19,530 nucleotides of DNA from an uncultured archaeon (GCA_964565725.1 CAZMGA010000008.1:8541-28070), one strand, 5' to 3'. Counted from the first letter of the stretch, positions 1 through 8,147 are shown. Numbers and translations: made by a program. Notes: generated by a model from the sequence alone, not told the origin.

Positions 1-862
1 AAATATTTATTTCTTTAGCTGCTAATTCATAGAATAAATGCATAGCTCCAAATACTCTTAAAGGCATATAAAAAGATAAAGTATTTCTTGGTAATATTGC
101 ATCATCCATAGCATCTTTATTTATTGTGTTAAAAATAAATATTCTTGGAATTAGTAAATAATTATTAGGATCAGTTAAAGATAAATCTAAATTAGTATAA
201 AAAGTACCATTATCACATTTATCTGGACTACAATCCATTAATGTAATAAAATTATCTCTTCTTTCGTTATTTATAATTGATGCTTCAGAAAATGCTTTAT
301 TAGTATATGTAGAACTAAGATTTAATTGACCAGTTATATCTGTAGGATCAATAATACTATTAGAAGAATTTAGTAAAGAATAATCATAAACTTTAAAATA
401 ATATACACTTTTAAAAATACCTCTATAATTTGTTATTTGTCCAATTATTTTATTAGACATATATTCTGCAAACATATTTATTATTTGATTACCAGAGTTA
501 TAAAAAAACAATTCATTAATATAATTAGTATATATTTCTTTCCAATGTTTAATTTTTTTGTTTTCGTAAAATGTAAGTAAATTGGGTTGTTCGCCATCAC
601 AACTTATTACATTATCATTATAAGTACAATTTGATGTAAAAAAGGTTTTTAAATGAGATCTATATAATATATCAAAAGTACTTAAAGCATCTAATCTTAT
701 TAAATCCTTTGTAGAATCCATTTCTTGTTGTTCATTTAAAGCTAAAATTATATTTTTATAGTTATCTTCACTATTAGACATATGTTGCGTAATTAAAACA
801 CCTATACCTATTACAACTAAACCCGCTAATGCCGTAAATAGTGTAAAACCTTTAATATTCAT
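1..862 (-). CDS. Prepilin-like (class III / type IV pilin-type signal) surface protein, N-terminal 287 aa; gene continues past the left edge
   Basis: Not in the supplied track (edge-truncated). My minus-strand translation from ATG 862-860 stays open to position 1: MNIKGFTLFTALAGLVVIGIGVLITQHMSNSEDNYKNIILALNEQQEMDSTKDLIRLDALSTFDILYRSHLKTFFTSNCTYNDNVISCDGEQ... It has a short basic N-terminus, K-G then F-T-L and a ~20-residue hydrophobic helix, which is a prepilin-peptidase-type signal. Cys pairs (SNCTYNDNVISC, MDCSPDKC) fit an extracellular globular domain. No SD; a TATA-like AT tract lies ~25-35 nt upstream. Confidence 0.6.
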   Translation of the reverse strand, partial: MNIKGFTLFTALAGLVVIGIGVLITQHMSNSEDNYKNIILALNEQQEMDSTKDLIRLDALSTFDILYRSHLKTFFTSNCTYNDNVISCDGEQPNLLTFYENKKIKHWKEIYTNYINELFFYNSGNQIINMFAEYMSNKIIGQITNYRGIFKSVYYFKVYDYSLLNSSNSIIDPTDITGQLNLSSTYTNKAFSEASIINNERRDNFITLMDCSPDKCDNGTFYTNLDLSLTDPNNYLLIPRIFIFNTINKDAMDDAILPRNTLSFYMPLRVFGAMHLFYELAAKEINI

Positions 863-906
863 AATAAATTAAATAAAATGAAATATTTTAAATAAGTATG
901 TTAAAT

Positions 907-2580
907 TTATTTAAATAACAAAAAATCCCACCACGGTTTATCTATACTGGCTAATATTCCGTTAGTAGCATAATACTTTTCAATAATATTTTCTTCTACG
1001 TTAATTATTCCTAATAAACTTTTATGTGATGTTTTTGTTACTACAAATAAAGGTATATCATCAACAATTAAATTTATTTTAGAGATTTCTTTTTTATTAT
1101 TAAATTCAATAAATTGTAATTTTTCATTAGTTAAGTAAAAAGCATTATCAATTAATTCTAATGTTAATAATGTACTTATATTATAATCATTATAACTTAT
1201 TGTTAAAAGTTCTTTATCTTTAAAAATTGTATAATTGTAATCTCCAAATATAATTAAATTTGTGTTATAATCAAAACTAAAATTATTAATTTTAAAGCCT
1301 TCTTTTGAAATTGTCGAGTTTATATCTGTTAAATCAATATAATTAGATTCTTTAATAAAATTATTTAATATTGTCTTTTCAATATCAAAATATATTGTTT
1401 TTAAAGTTTCATCCTTTAAATTATCAATATCCTTATTAAAAGAATTCATAATATCTACAATAGAATCTTTTCTACCTATTTTTATACTATCTTCTTTATT
1501 TTTAGCAATAGTTTTTGATGCAGAATCATAAATATTTTTTATTTCTTCTTTAGATAGGTATTTTGTAGTAATTTTTAAAGTATTCAAGAAAAAATCAGGA
1601 TCTAAACTTAATTTAAATGAACTACTTTTATCTTTTATTTGATTTTCTATTTGCATATATTTTGTATAATTTGAATAAATTGAATCTAAATAAGTAGTTA
1701 AATTATCTAAATCATAATCACTATCATTTAAATAATTTTCAATTTGCAAGTCTAAATAATCATAAAAATTAGATTTTTTTAAAATATATTGTTTGAAATC
1801 TAATCCTAAACTATAACTAATATTTGAAATACATGTTTCATTTAAATTTTCAGGAGTATATTCAAAATTATAACCACTTTTTTTAACTATGTAATTTCCA
1901 TCTTTATCTTGACTTAATAAAACACTAATAGTTAAACAATCATAATAAGATTTGTATATTAAATCCATATCAGTATATTTTATTTGTGTATTATTAATAA
2001 AAATAGAATCTAAATTATCTTTTATTTCTATAACTGGATTATTAATTATTAAATTTACATTATCATTCAAATTATAATCTTTTAAATCTAGAGTAGTTGT
2101 AAAAAAATCAAATTTTGTGTTTTCTAATTGGTAATCAGAATCTAATACTAATTTAGGGTTTATTAATAATACATCATTTTTCAACTCTTGGCTTATAACA
2201 ATATTATAATCTTTTAAAGCAGTAATAACTTTACATTTTAAATCCAAAAAATTATCTTTTTTATCACTAATACATTTTAATTTTAAATTTGATTTTTTAT
2301 TTGCTAAAAAACTATAACAATAATTCTTTATTTGAGTATAATCAAATTGATTTTTTTCCTTTTCTGATTTGACACAATCTAAATAATCTAGATAATTTAT
2401 GTTTTTTACACTAGAATTGTCATATATTTTACCTATTTTTGAGGACAAATTATAAAATTCGTTGCAAGAATAATAACTATTACCTAATAATTCACAATTA
2501 GATTGATTTTCTGCAAAAGTAAAACTAACTAAAAATATTGTTGCTAAAATTAATAAAAACCCATAAAAATTATATTTCAA
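907..2580 (-). CDS. Secreted / cell-surface protein of unknown family (557 aa)
   Basis: Track ORF. N-terminus MKYNFYGFLLILATIFLVSFTFA|ENQSNC looks like a cleavable signal peptide. The mature part is N/D/K/Y/I-rich with eight Cys, six of them in the first ~120 residues, and has no further TM helix. The start codon is TTG (2580-2578). It is preceded by AGGTGG (complement of 2585-2590) with a 4-nt spacer, which supports this start. Confidence 0.6.
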   Translation of the reverse strand: MKYNFYGFLLILATIFLVSFTFAENQSNCELLGNSYYSCNEFYNLSSKIGKIYDNSSVKNINYLDYLDCVKSEKEKNQFDYTQIKNYCYSFLANKKSNLKLKCISDKKDNFLDLKCKVITALKDYNIVISQELKNDVLLINPKLVLDSDYQLENTKFDFFTTTLDLKDYNLNDNVNLIINNPVIEIKDNLDSIFINNTQIKYTDMDLIYKSYYDCLTISVLLSQDKDGNYIVKKSGYNFEYTPENLNETCISNISYSLGLDFKQYILKKSNFYDYLDLQIENYLNDSDYDLDNLTTYLDSIYSNYTKYMQIENQIKDKSSSFKLSLDPDFFLNTLKITTKYLSKEEIKNIYDSASKTIAKNKEDSIKIGRKDSIVDIMNSFNKDIDNLKDETLKTIYFDIEKTILNNFIKESNYIDLTDINSTISKEGFKINNFSFDYNTNLIIFGDYNYTIFKDKELLTISYNDYNISTLLTLELIDNAFYLTNEKLQFIEFNNKKEISKINLIVDDIPLFVVTKTSHKSLLGIINVEENIIEKYYATNGILASIDKPWWDFLLFK

Positions 2581-2641
2581 TAAACCACCTAATTCTTTAA
2601 TATAATATAAAATAAAGGTTTATTAATATATCTTTAATTAT

Positions 2642-2800
2642 TTATAAAAATAGATTCAAACCTAATATTAATAATCCAAAAACTAATGCTCCTACTAATA
2701 CTATTTCAGGAGTTAATCTTATTAAAGATTTAGAATTTTCTGAAAATGATACTAATCCTAATGAAGAACTTGGACCTTGTGTTGTTTTATGTTTACTCAT
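2642..2800 (-). CDS. sec61b: Preprotein translocase subunit Sec61-beta (archaeal SecG), 52 aa
   Basis: Small ORF missing from the track. My translation is MSKHKTTQGPSSSLGLVSFSENSKSLIRLTPEIVLVGALVFGLLILGLNLFL*. It matches the archaeal Sec-beta pattern as I recall it (MSK..., S-x-GL-x-x-Y/F, K-x-I/L-R-x-x-PE-x-V, then a single C-terminal TM ending the protein). A strong SD AGAGGTG (complement of 2806-2812) lies 5 nt upstream of the ATG. Stop is TAA at 2644-2642. Confidence 0.75.
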   Translation of the reverse strand: MSKHKTTQGPSSSLGLVSFSENSKSLIRLTPEIVLVGALVFGLLILGLNLFL

Positions 2801-2805
2801 TTAAA

Positions 2806-2812
2806 CACCTCT
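2806..2812 (-). promoter_or_regulatory. Shine-Dalgarno site (AGAGGTG) for sec61beta
   Basis: The complement of cacctct reads AGAGGTG, 5 nt upstream of ATG 2800-2798. It is complementary to the conserved 16S 3' tail (..GAUCACCUCC..). Confidence 0.6.
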
Positions 2813-2868
2813 TTTATATTATATATTTAGAAAGATATAAAAATATATAGTCTTTATTTATATATTTT

Positions 2869-2874
2869 AGGTGG
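2869..2874 (+). promoter_or_regulatory. Shine-Dalgarno site (AGGTGG) for the 2879 operon
   Basis: AGGTGG lies 4 nt upstream of ATG 2879. Confidence 0.55.
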
Positions 2875-2878
2875 CATT

Positions 2879-3544
2879 ATGTTAAATCAAAAAGGAGACA
2901 TTTTATTATATATCATTTTTACTATTATATTAATAATTATAGGTGCAATAATTTATTATGTTTACTTAAATTATGATTTTAATAGTAATAAAGATGAAAA
3001 TACATCTGTATTAAATAATTTAAAATCAAAATTACCTTCTAAAAATGTATCTAACGTTTCTTATTCTAATAATTATAAATTCAATGCAAAGATTAATTAT
3101 TTTGAATATATTAAAATAAATAATTCTAATTTGTTTATAAATGGCAAACCAAATATTAGTTTTAATAATAGTTTATTTATGTTGTCAGAACCCACAATCT
3201 ATAATTTTGAAGGAAATTTAAGTTCAGAAAATATAGTTGGTTTTGCAAATTACATTAATGGTAAAGACTATAATTTAAATATTAATTCAGATATAACTGT
3301 TGATTATAGTGATGTTGAAAATATAATAATTAATGATTTTTATTATGATTTAGAAAGAAGTAATATTAATGGTACTATAAAAATAGATACTTCTGGAGAT
3401 ATTAATTTAAATAAAGCTTATTTAAAAATAAAGGGTTTTAAAGGAAAAGTTATTTATGATCCTGAAGAAAACATATTGGAATTTGATGGAAATATAGGCT
3501 ACATTAAAGTAAAAAATGATGGGTTAGTTATAGAACATGAGTGA
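2879..3544 (+). CDS. N-terminally anchored protein with prepilin-like N-terminus and beta-helix-like repetitive ectodomain (221 aa), unknown family
   Basis: Track ORF with an SD. N-terminus MLNQKG|DILLYIIFTIILIIIGAIIYYVY has K-G followed by D-I-L-L and a long hydrophobic helix. This fits the archaeal class III (PibD/FlaK-type) signal pattern as I remember it. The C-terminal half has short alternating strands (NINGTIKIDTSGDINLNKAYLKIKGFKGKVIYD) reminiscent of DUF4097-like or bactofilin-like beta-helices. That assignment is pattern-level only. Confidence 0.5.
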   Translation: MLNQKGDILLYIIFTIILIIIGAIIYYVYLNYDFNSNKDENTSVLNNLKSKLPSKNVSNVSYSNNYKFNAKINYFEYIKINNSNLFINGKPNISFNNSLFMLSEPTIYNFEGNLSSENIVGFANYINGKDYNLNINSDITVDYSDVENIIINDFYYDLERSNINGTIKIDTSGDINLNKAYLKIKGFKGKVIYDPEENILEFDGNIGYIKVKNDGLVIEHE

Positions 3545-4496
3545 TTTTATGAAATTTGATAAATTTGATATAATTAAATCAATAGCTATTTTATTGATAT
3601 TAGGATTTACTTTACTTTTTGTTTTGACTTATAGTAATATTGTACCTTGTAAAAGTGTAGGTAAAGTATGGTGTTCTGCATATTGGGGAATTGTAGGAAA
3701 TCCAAAAATTGCAATAGTTGCAGGAAACGATGGTTTAGGCAACGCAAATAAATTAATGTATATTTTTCAAGATAGAACTAAGTTTAATTTAAGACCAAAA
3801 CTTTTTGATATTTCGAACATTAGAACTACATCTTATTTAAAAAATTATGATTTAGTAATAGTAACACAAGCAAAAACACTAAGTTCAGAACAAATGCATA
3901 TGTTTTATAGTTATGCTTCACAAGGAGGCATACTAATTTGGACTGGTGATGCGGGTACTTCTTTAATGCCTTCTGATAAAAAACCAGAAGATTATAATAA
4001 TGTGCCATTAGATCAACCATGGATAAGAATTACAGATGATGAAAAAGTAATATTCTTTAATCAATTGTTATCTGTAAATTATATTAATAATTTTTGTAGT
4101 GTAGTAAATTGTAAATCAAACAAAGATTTTATAGGTAATTTTATTATGGACCCTAATAGTAAAATTGCAGAAGGAATTCCACCAACAGCTCAATTTTATG
4201 GTAATTTTGCAATGGTAGATATTATAGATAATACATTTACTACTATGGACTTATCTATTGAAAATACAGCTCATACAATAGGTAAAGATTACAAAGATTA
4301 TGGCACTAAATTTCCTTTAATAGTTAGAAGCGGAGTAGGAAAAAATGTAGTATATTTAGCAACACCAATAGAATATATGATTGATGTTAATGCTACAAAT
4401 GAATTTAATTCTAATTTTGAAGAAAGTAATACCTCTATGTATTTACCTACAATAGTAAGAAAAATTATAGAAGATAGATTAGGTTATGTAGATTAG
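3537..4496 (+). CDS. Signal-anchored membrane protein, possible flavodoxin-like / class-I-glutamine-amidotransferase-like fold ectodomain (319 aa)
   Basis: Track ORF. Its ATG overlaps the upstream stop (ATGAGTGA, 8-nt overlap), indicating translational coupling. TM helix: IIKSIAILLILGFTLLFVLTY. The segment KIAIVAGNDGLGN...YDLVIVTQAKTLSSEQMHMFYSYASQGGILIWTGDAG resembles the beta-alpha-beta core of GATase1-like domains in uncharacterised membrane proteins (DUF1355/COG5426-like). This is low-confidence recall, not a search result. Confidence 0.45.
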   Translation: MSDFMKFDKFDIIKSIAILLILGFTLLFVLTYSNIVPCKSVGKVWCSAYWGIVGNPKIAIVAGNDGLGNANKLMYIFQDRTKFNLRPKLFDISNIRTTSYLKNYDLVIVTQAKTLSSEQMHMFYSYASQGGILIWTGDAGTSLMPSDKKPEDYNNVPLDQPWIRITDDEKVIFFNQLLSVNYINNFCSVVNCKSNKDFIGNFIMDPNSKIAEGIPPTAQFYGNFAMVDIIDNTFTTMDLSIENTAHTIGKDYKDYGTKFPLIVRSGVGKNVVYLATPIEYMIDVNATNEFNSNFEESNTSMYLPTIVRKIIEDRLGYVD

Positions 4497-4503
4497 GGAT
4501 TAT

Positions 4504-6252
4504 ATGGCTGATTTTGACTTTTCTCAAGATATAGATAAAGATTATTTTAATAATGATTTAGAACCTAAACAAAAAAAACAAATTGATTTAGTCCAATTTA
4601 AAAAATATATTAAACCAACAATATTAATTATTTGCTTATTTGTTATATTATATTTGGCTACGTGGTTCTTTTTTTTAAGATATGCTGAAGTTAGTTTTAA
4701 TGTAGAATATAGCAATGGAAATTCTATTTCTACAGCTATTACTTTAATAGGAGATAAATCTAATACATATAATACAAATACAGACATTAAAATATTACCT
4801 GGAGATTATACTCTAAAAATATCTGATTCAAAATTAAAAGATTATTATTTACAAAATAATAATATTACAATTGAAAAAGATACAACTCAAATAAATATTA
4901 CGATGTATCCTAATTGGGTTAAAGATTTAAAAGATTTTAATATTAACTACCCAAACAAAATTTATGAAAAACAAAATGTAAAAGTTAATTTAAGTATTTA
5001 TAATTTAGGGGAACCAAGAACAATTGTAATTAAAGGTTCTGGGGATTTAAATGCAATTAATGAAAATTGGATTATAAACTCAGGAAATAATACTGAAACA
5101 GTTTATTTTGTTAACAATAAATTGAAAGGAAAAGAAATTTCTGGAAAGATATTTATTGAAGAAGCTGGAAATAAATTTAGTAAATCAATATCTTCAACAG
5201 TAGATAAAGCACCAAAATTAACTATGAAAACTATTCAAACTTATACTATTAACGCAGGTAATGAATTTACTATTACGTCTGAACTAACTAATGACTCTAG
5301 TACCAATTCTATAGAAGACTTAAATATAAGCATTATAAATTCAAATATAAATATTGAAGAAATGAATAGTTGGATAGAAAATAAAACAAATAATTTAAAT
5401 ATTCCTCCAAACACTATAGGCATAGGAGAAATTACTTTTAAAATCCCCTTGAATTTTGATATAGGTAGTTATTATTTTGATTTAGTATATAGCAATAGTT
5501 ATACTTCTATATCAAAAAAAATTACTTTAAAAATAACAAATCCAGACATAAAAATAAGTGATAAATTAGATTTTGGAACAATTACTGCTGGTTCAAGCCC
5601 TATTGAAAAAAATATACTTATTACAAATAATTCTGAATTTGATTTAAATATTTTGAATTATTCTATTAAAATAAATAATTCATCACCTGCAAATAACTTA
5701 ACTGATTTAGAAAATCCTGATATTCTAAAAATAAATTTAACTAATACAAATATACCTTCTAAATCATCTTTAAACTTAAATACTACGTTAATTATACCTC
5801 CAACTTTTATATCTGATAAAATAACTGGAAACATAATTTTTAATACTAATTATAATGATTTAAACACAATTTTTAGTTATAATATAGAAAGTTTAATTGA
5901 AAACATAGAATTATCTGGAGATTGGGTAGAAAAATATAAAGTTAATTTTAATGATTTAAATCAAACAGAAAAAAAAATATCCATTATATCTATAAAAAAC
6001 TCTGGAAACATAACTTTAGAAATAACAAATATTAATTCTACTTGCTCAGAGGTATCTATAACACAACCAAGTTATCCTTTAACTCTTTATACTGTAGATA
6101 CAGATAAGGTTTTTACTATAACTTATTTTGCAAATCCTTTATATAAATCAAGTTTACAATTACCTAAAGAATGTAAAATAAACATTACTTATAAAGACCC
6201 AATTAATAAAAATAGTACAAAAACAATTTCAAAAATATTTACTTTAAATTAA
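4504..6252 (+). CDS. Type II-oriented membrane protein with multiple Ig-like/CARDB-like beta-sandwich modules (582 aa), unknown family
   Basis: Track ORF, 7 nt after the upstream stop. It has an acidic/basic ~45-aa N-terminal head and one TM (PTILIICLFVILYLATWFFFL). A PEGA/CarboxypepD_reg-like stretch follows (ILPGDYTLKISDSKLKDYYLQNNNITIEKDTTQINITMYP). After that come repeated ~100-aa modules with strand patterns such as NVKVNLSIYNLGEPRTIVIKG, FTITSELTNDSS and KNILITNNSEFDLNI. Confidence 0.55.
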   Translation: MADFDFSQDIDKDYFNNDLEPKQKKQIDLVQFKKYIKPTILIICLFVILYLATWFFFLRYAEVSFNVEYSNGNSISTAITLIGDKSNTYNTNTDIKILPGDYTLKISDSKLKDYYLQNNNITIEKDTTQINITMYPNWVKDLKDFNINYPNKIYEKQNVKVNLSIYNLGEPRTIVIKGSGDLNAINENWIINSGNNTETVYFVNNKLKGKEISGKIFIEEAGNKFSKSISSTVDKAPKLTMKTIQTYTINAGNEFTITSELTNDSSTNSIEDLNISIINSNINIEEMNSWIENKTNNLNIPPNTIGIGEITFKIPLNFDIGSYYFDLVYSNSYTSISKKITLKITNPDIKISDKLDFGTITAGSSPIEKNILITNNSEFDLNILNYSIKINNSSPANNLTDLENPDILKINLTNTNIPSKSSLNLNTTLIIPPTFISDKITGNIIFNTNYNDLNTIFSYNIESLIENIELSGDWVEKYKVNFNDLNQTEKKISIISIKNSGNITLEITNINSTCSEVSITQPSYPLTLYTVDTDKVFTITYFANPLYKSSLQLPKECKINITYKDPINKNSTKTISKIFTLN

Positions 6253-7410
6253 ATTTATTTTAATTATTTGCTCTTTTATATCGTAATCCTTTATACCTAT
6301 AGTTTTATATGTTTCTTTTACTTTTTCAATATATTTTAATTCGTCTTCTAATACCTTTTTAAATATTAATTTACCTGTTTTAGGAATTAAATCATATAAT
6401 CTTATTTCTGCATCTTTTTCATTTAATATTACTTTAGCATATCTTTTATTTTTAGGTATTAAAAACCAAGCATCATCACTTACATTATAAGAATCTCTCC
6501 AAGTATCTAAAATAAATACTTCTTTTTTATTTTCCGTAGCAATAACTTTTTCATGAATATGACCAAAAAATATTATTTTTTTATTAATTTTTCTTGTTAT
6601 ATTTTTTAATTCTTCTACACTTATAACATCAAAATGTAATTTAAACAAATTTTTTAAAGACACCCATATTGTTTTCAAATATAATTTAAAATAGCCTCTA
6701 AAAATATATTTATGAATAGCAAATAACATGTTATATAAAAAATACTTTACAACCAAACCAGCCATTTCTCGCTTAACTGACAAATCTAATTTATATAATG
6801 ATTTTTTATTTTCAATTCTTTCTAAAAATGGATGCCATTCTTTAGAATCCATAAAATAAACACTAAATCCAGAAAATATTGCTGGTATATTTAATTCTAT
6901 AGTATCCTTATAACCTCTAAATACTTTATTTTTGTCAAACTCAAAATAAACATCATGTTGTTGACCATGTTCTGCAAAAACATACTCGTTAGAATAAGAT
7001 AATCTAAAATAAACATTATCGCTATTTAAAATTTCTTTTATTTTATCTTGAATTGATGGAAACAATAATTCATAATCGTGATTTCCAAAAATAAAATAAA
7101 TATTATTTTTTTTATCTTCTAAAAAGGATTTCCAAGCATCAAAAACTAATTTATGACTAGAATATATTAAATCTAATTTTTCTAGAGCTATTTGAGGAGT
7201 AACATGTTGTAAATAAAAACTCCACCTATCTCTAATTATAGGGCATTTCAAAAAATCAAAAGTATCTCCATTATTAATTAAATCTATAGGATTTTTACTT
7301 TTTTTAACTTCTGTAATAACTTCACATAATAAATTATCAGCTACAAAATCATCTGTTTTTTTTCCTGCCCCTAATTCAATATCAGAAAATAATACTACTT
7401 CTTTAGTCAT
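6244..7410 (-). CDS. Calcineurin-like metallophosphoesterase, LpxH-like architecture
   Basis: Metallophosphoesterase motifs are in order: FSDIELG (motif I, with Glu where His is usual), GDTFDF, GNHDYE, AEHGQQHD, FFGHIHE. A hydrophobic or amphipathic insert (VVKYFLYNMLFAIHKYIFRGYFKLYL) lies between motifs IV and V, like the LpxH lid. I prefer ATG at 7410-7408 (MTKEVVLFSDIELG) over the TTG-extended track start at 7428. The 3' end overlaps the convergent 4504..6252 gene by 9 nt. Confidence 0.75.
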   Translation of the reverse strand: MTKEVVLFSDIELGAGKKTDDFVADNLLCEVITEVKKSKNPIDLINNGDTFDFLKCPIIRDRWSFYLQHVTPQIALEKLDLIYSSHKLVFDAWKSFLEDKKNNIYFIFGNHDYELLFPSIQDKIKEILNSDNVYFRLSYSNEYVFAEHGQQHDVYFEFDKNKVFRGYKDTIELNIPAIFSGFSVYFMDSKEWHPFLERIENKKSLYKLDLSVKREMAGLVVKYFLYNMLFAIHKYIFRGYFKLYLKTIWVSLKNLFKLHFDVISVEELKNITRKINKKIIFFGHIHEKVIATENKKEVFILDTWRDSYNVSDDAWFLIPKNKRYAKVILNEKDAEIRLYDLIPKTGKLIFKKVLEDELKYIEKVKETYKTIGIKDYDIKEQIIKINLI

Positions 7411-7486
7411 AATTATAATAAATAGCAAATACTTAAATATATTATCTTTAATTAGCTTATGAGTATTAAATATAATTTAAATTGAA

Positions 7487-7561
7487 TGGGCGAGGCCGGA
7501 TTCGAACCGGCGGCCTCTCGATTATCAGTCGAGTGCTCCAACCAGGCTAAGCTACACACCC
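7487..7561 (-). tRNA. tRNA-Ile(GAU): tRNA-Ile (anticodon GAU), 75 nt, no intron, CCA not encoded
   Basis: Reverse complement folds by hand as GGGTGTG TA GCTT AGCCTGGTTG GAGC A CTCGA CTGATAA TCGAG AGGCC GCCGG TTCGAAT CCGGC CTCGCCC A. It is a full cloverleaf with T-loop TTCGAAT. There is one U-U mismatch at acceptor pair 6:67 and one G-U at pair 4:69. Confidence 0.9.
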
Positions 7562-7693
7562 TAAAAAAACAATCTCTAAAGATTGTAAAAGTAGTTTATT
7601 TATAATATTAATATAAATATATTTATAAACTTGTTTGAATATTTTATTAGATATATTTATATTTAAATAGTAAATATATATGTAAGTGATATT

Positions 7694-8089
7694 ATGACTA
7701 ACTTAGATTCAAAAATAATTAATAAAGAAGATATAAAAATTAAAGAAATTGATATTGTATTAGATGAAAACGACGATATTTTAAATTGTATAAAACAAGT
7801 AATAAAAGAAAATAATATTACCGAAGTAGATATTATTAATTTTGAAGGGGAAGTAATAAATTTTAGTGTAAATTATTTTGAAAAAGGTAGTTTAAAAAAT
7901 GTAAAATATTTTGAACCACATATGATTACAAAAGGTATGGGTCAATTCAAATATGATTATATAAAAGATTCTTTATTTGGTAGAATAAGAATTAATTATA
8001 CTCACATAGGTAAAAATTTTGATGGTATTTTAATGTCTGGTAAAGCAAAAGACGGTTTCAAGATTACATTAAAATACATGGAACAATAG
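7694..8089 (+). CDS. Small cytoplasmic protein, possible PPC/DUF296-like domain (131 aa)
   Basis: Track ORF. GTGAT (partial SD) lies just upstream of the ATG, with a TATA-like tract further up. The segment IVLDENDDILNCIKQVIKENNITEVDIINFEGEVINFSVNYFE, followed by FGRIRINYTHIGKNFDGILMSG, resembles the DUF296/PPC pattern (LxLxxGxDlxxxIxxFxxxxxIxxAxIxxxGAxxxxxlxYyd...HlH...G...GGHL) as I remember it. Weak, memory-based call. Confidence 0.4.
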   Translation: MTNLDSKIINKEDIKIKEIDIVLDENDDILNCIKQVIKENNITEVDIINFEGEVINFSVNYFEKGSLKNVKYFEPHMITKGMGQFKYDYIKDSLFGRIRINYTHIGKNFDGILMSGKAKDGFKITLKYMEQ

Positions 8090-8147
8090 GTTTGTTTATA
8101 AATATTATGTTCCAAAATTAAATATATTTATTTTATAATAAATTTTA

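Noticed and set aside
3826-4020. Track ORF of 64 aa on the minus strand
   Set aside because: It lies entirely antisense inside the 3537..4496 gene. It has no start signals and a Leu/Val/Lys-rich composition typical of antisense reading of AT-rich coding DNA.
4542-4787. Track ORF of 81 aa on the minus strand
   Set aside because: It is nested antisense within the 582-aa gene and has no SD or TATA context. It looks like a shadow ORF.
5241-5423. Track ORF of 60 aa on the minus strand
   Set aside because: It is nested antisense within the 582-aa gene. It looks like a shadow ORF.
7569-7586. Perfect 7-bp inverted repeat ACAATCT-CTAA-AGATTGT just upstream of the tRNA-Ile 5' end
   Set aside because: It is short and AT-rich, lies in the tRNA leader/promoter region and is not followed by a T-run. 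The evidence is insufficient to call a regulatory element.
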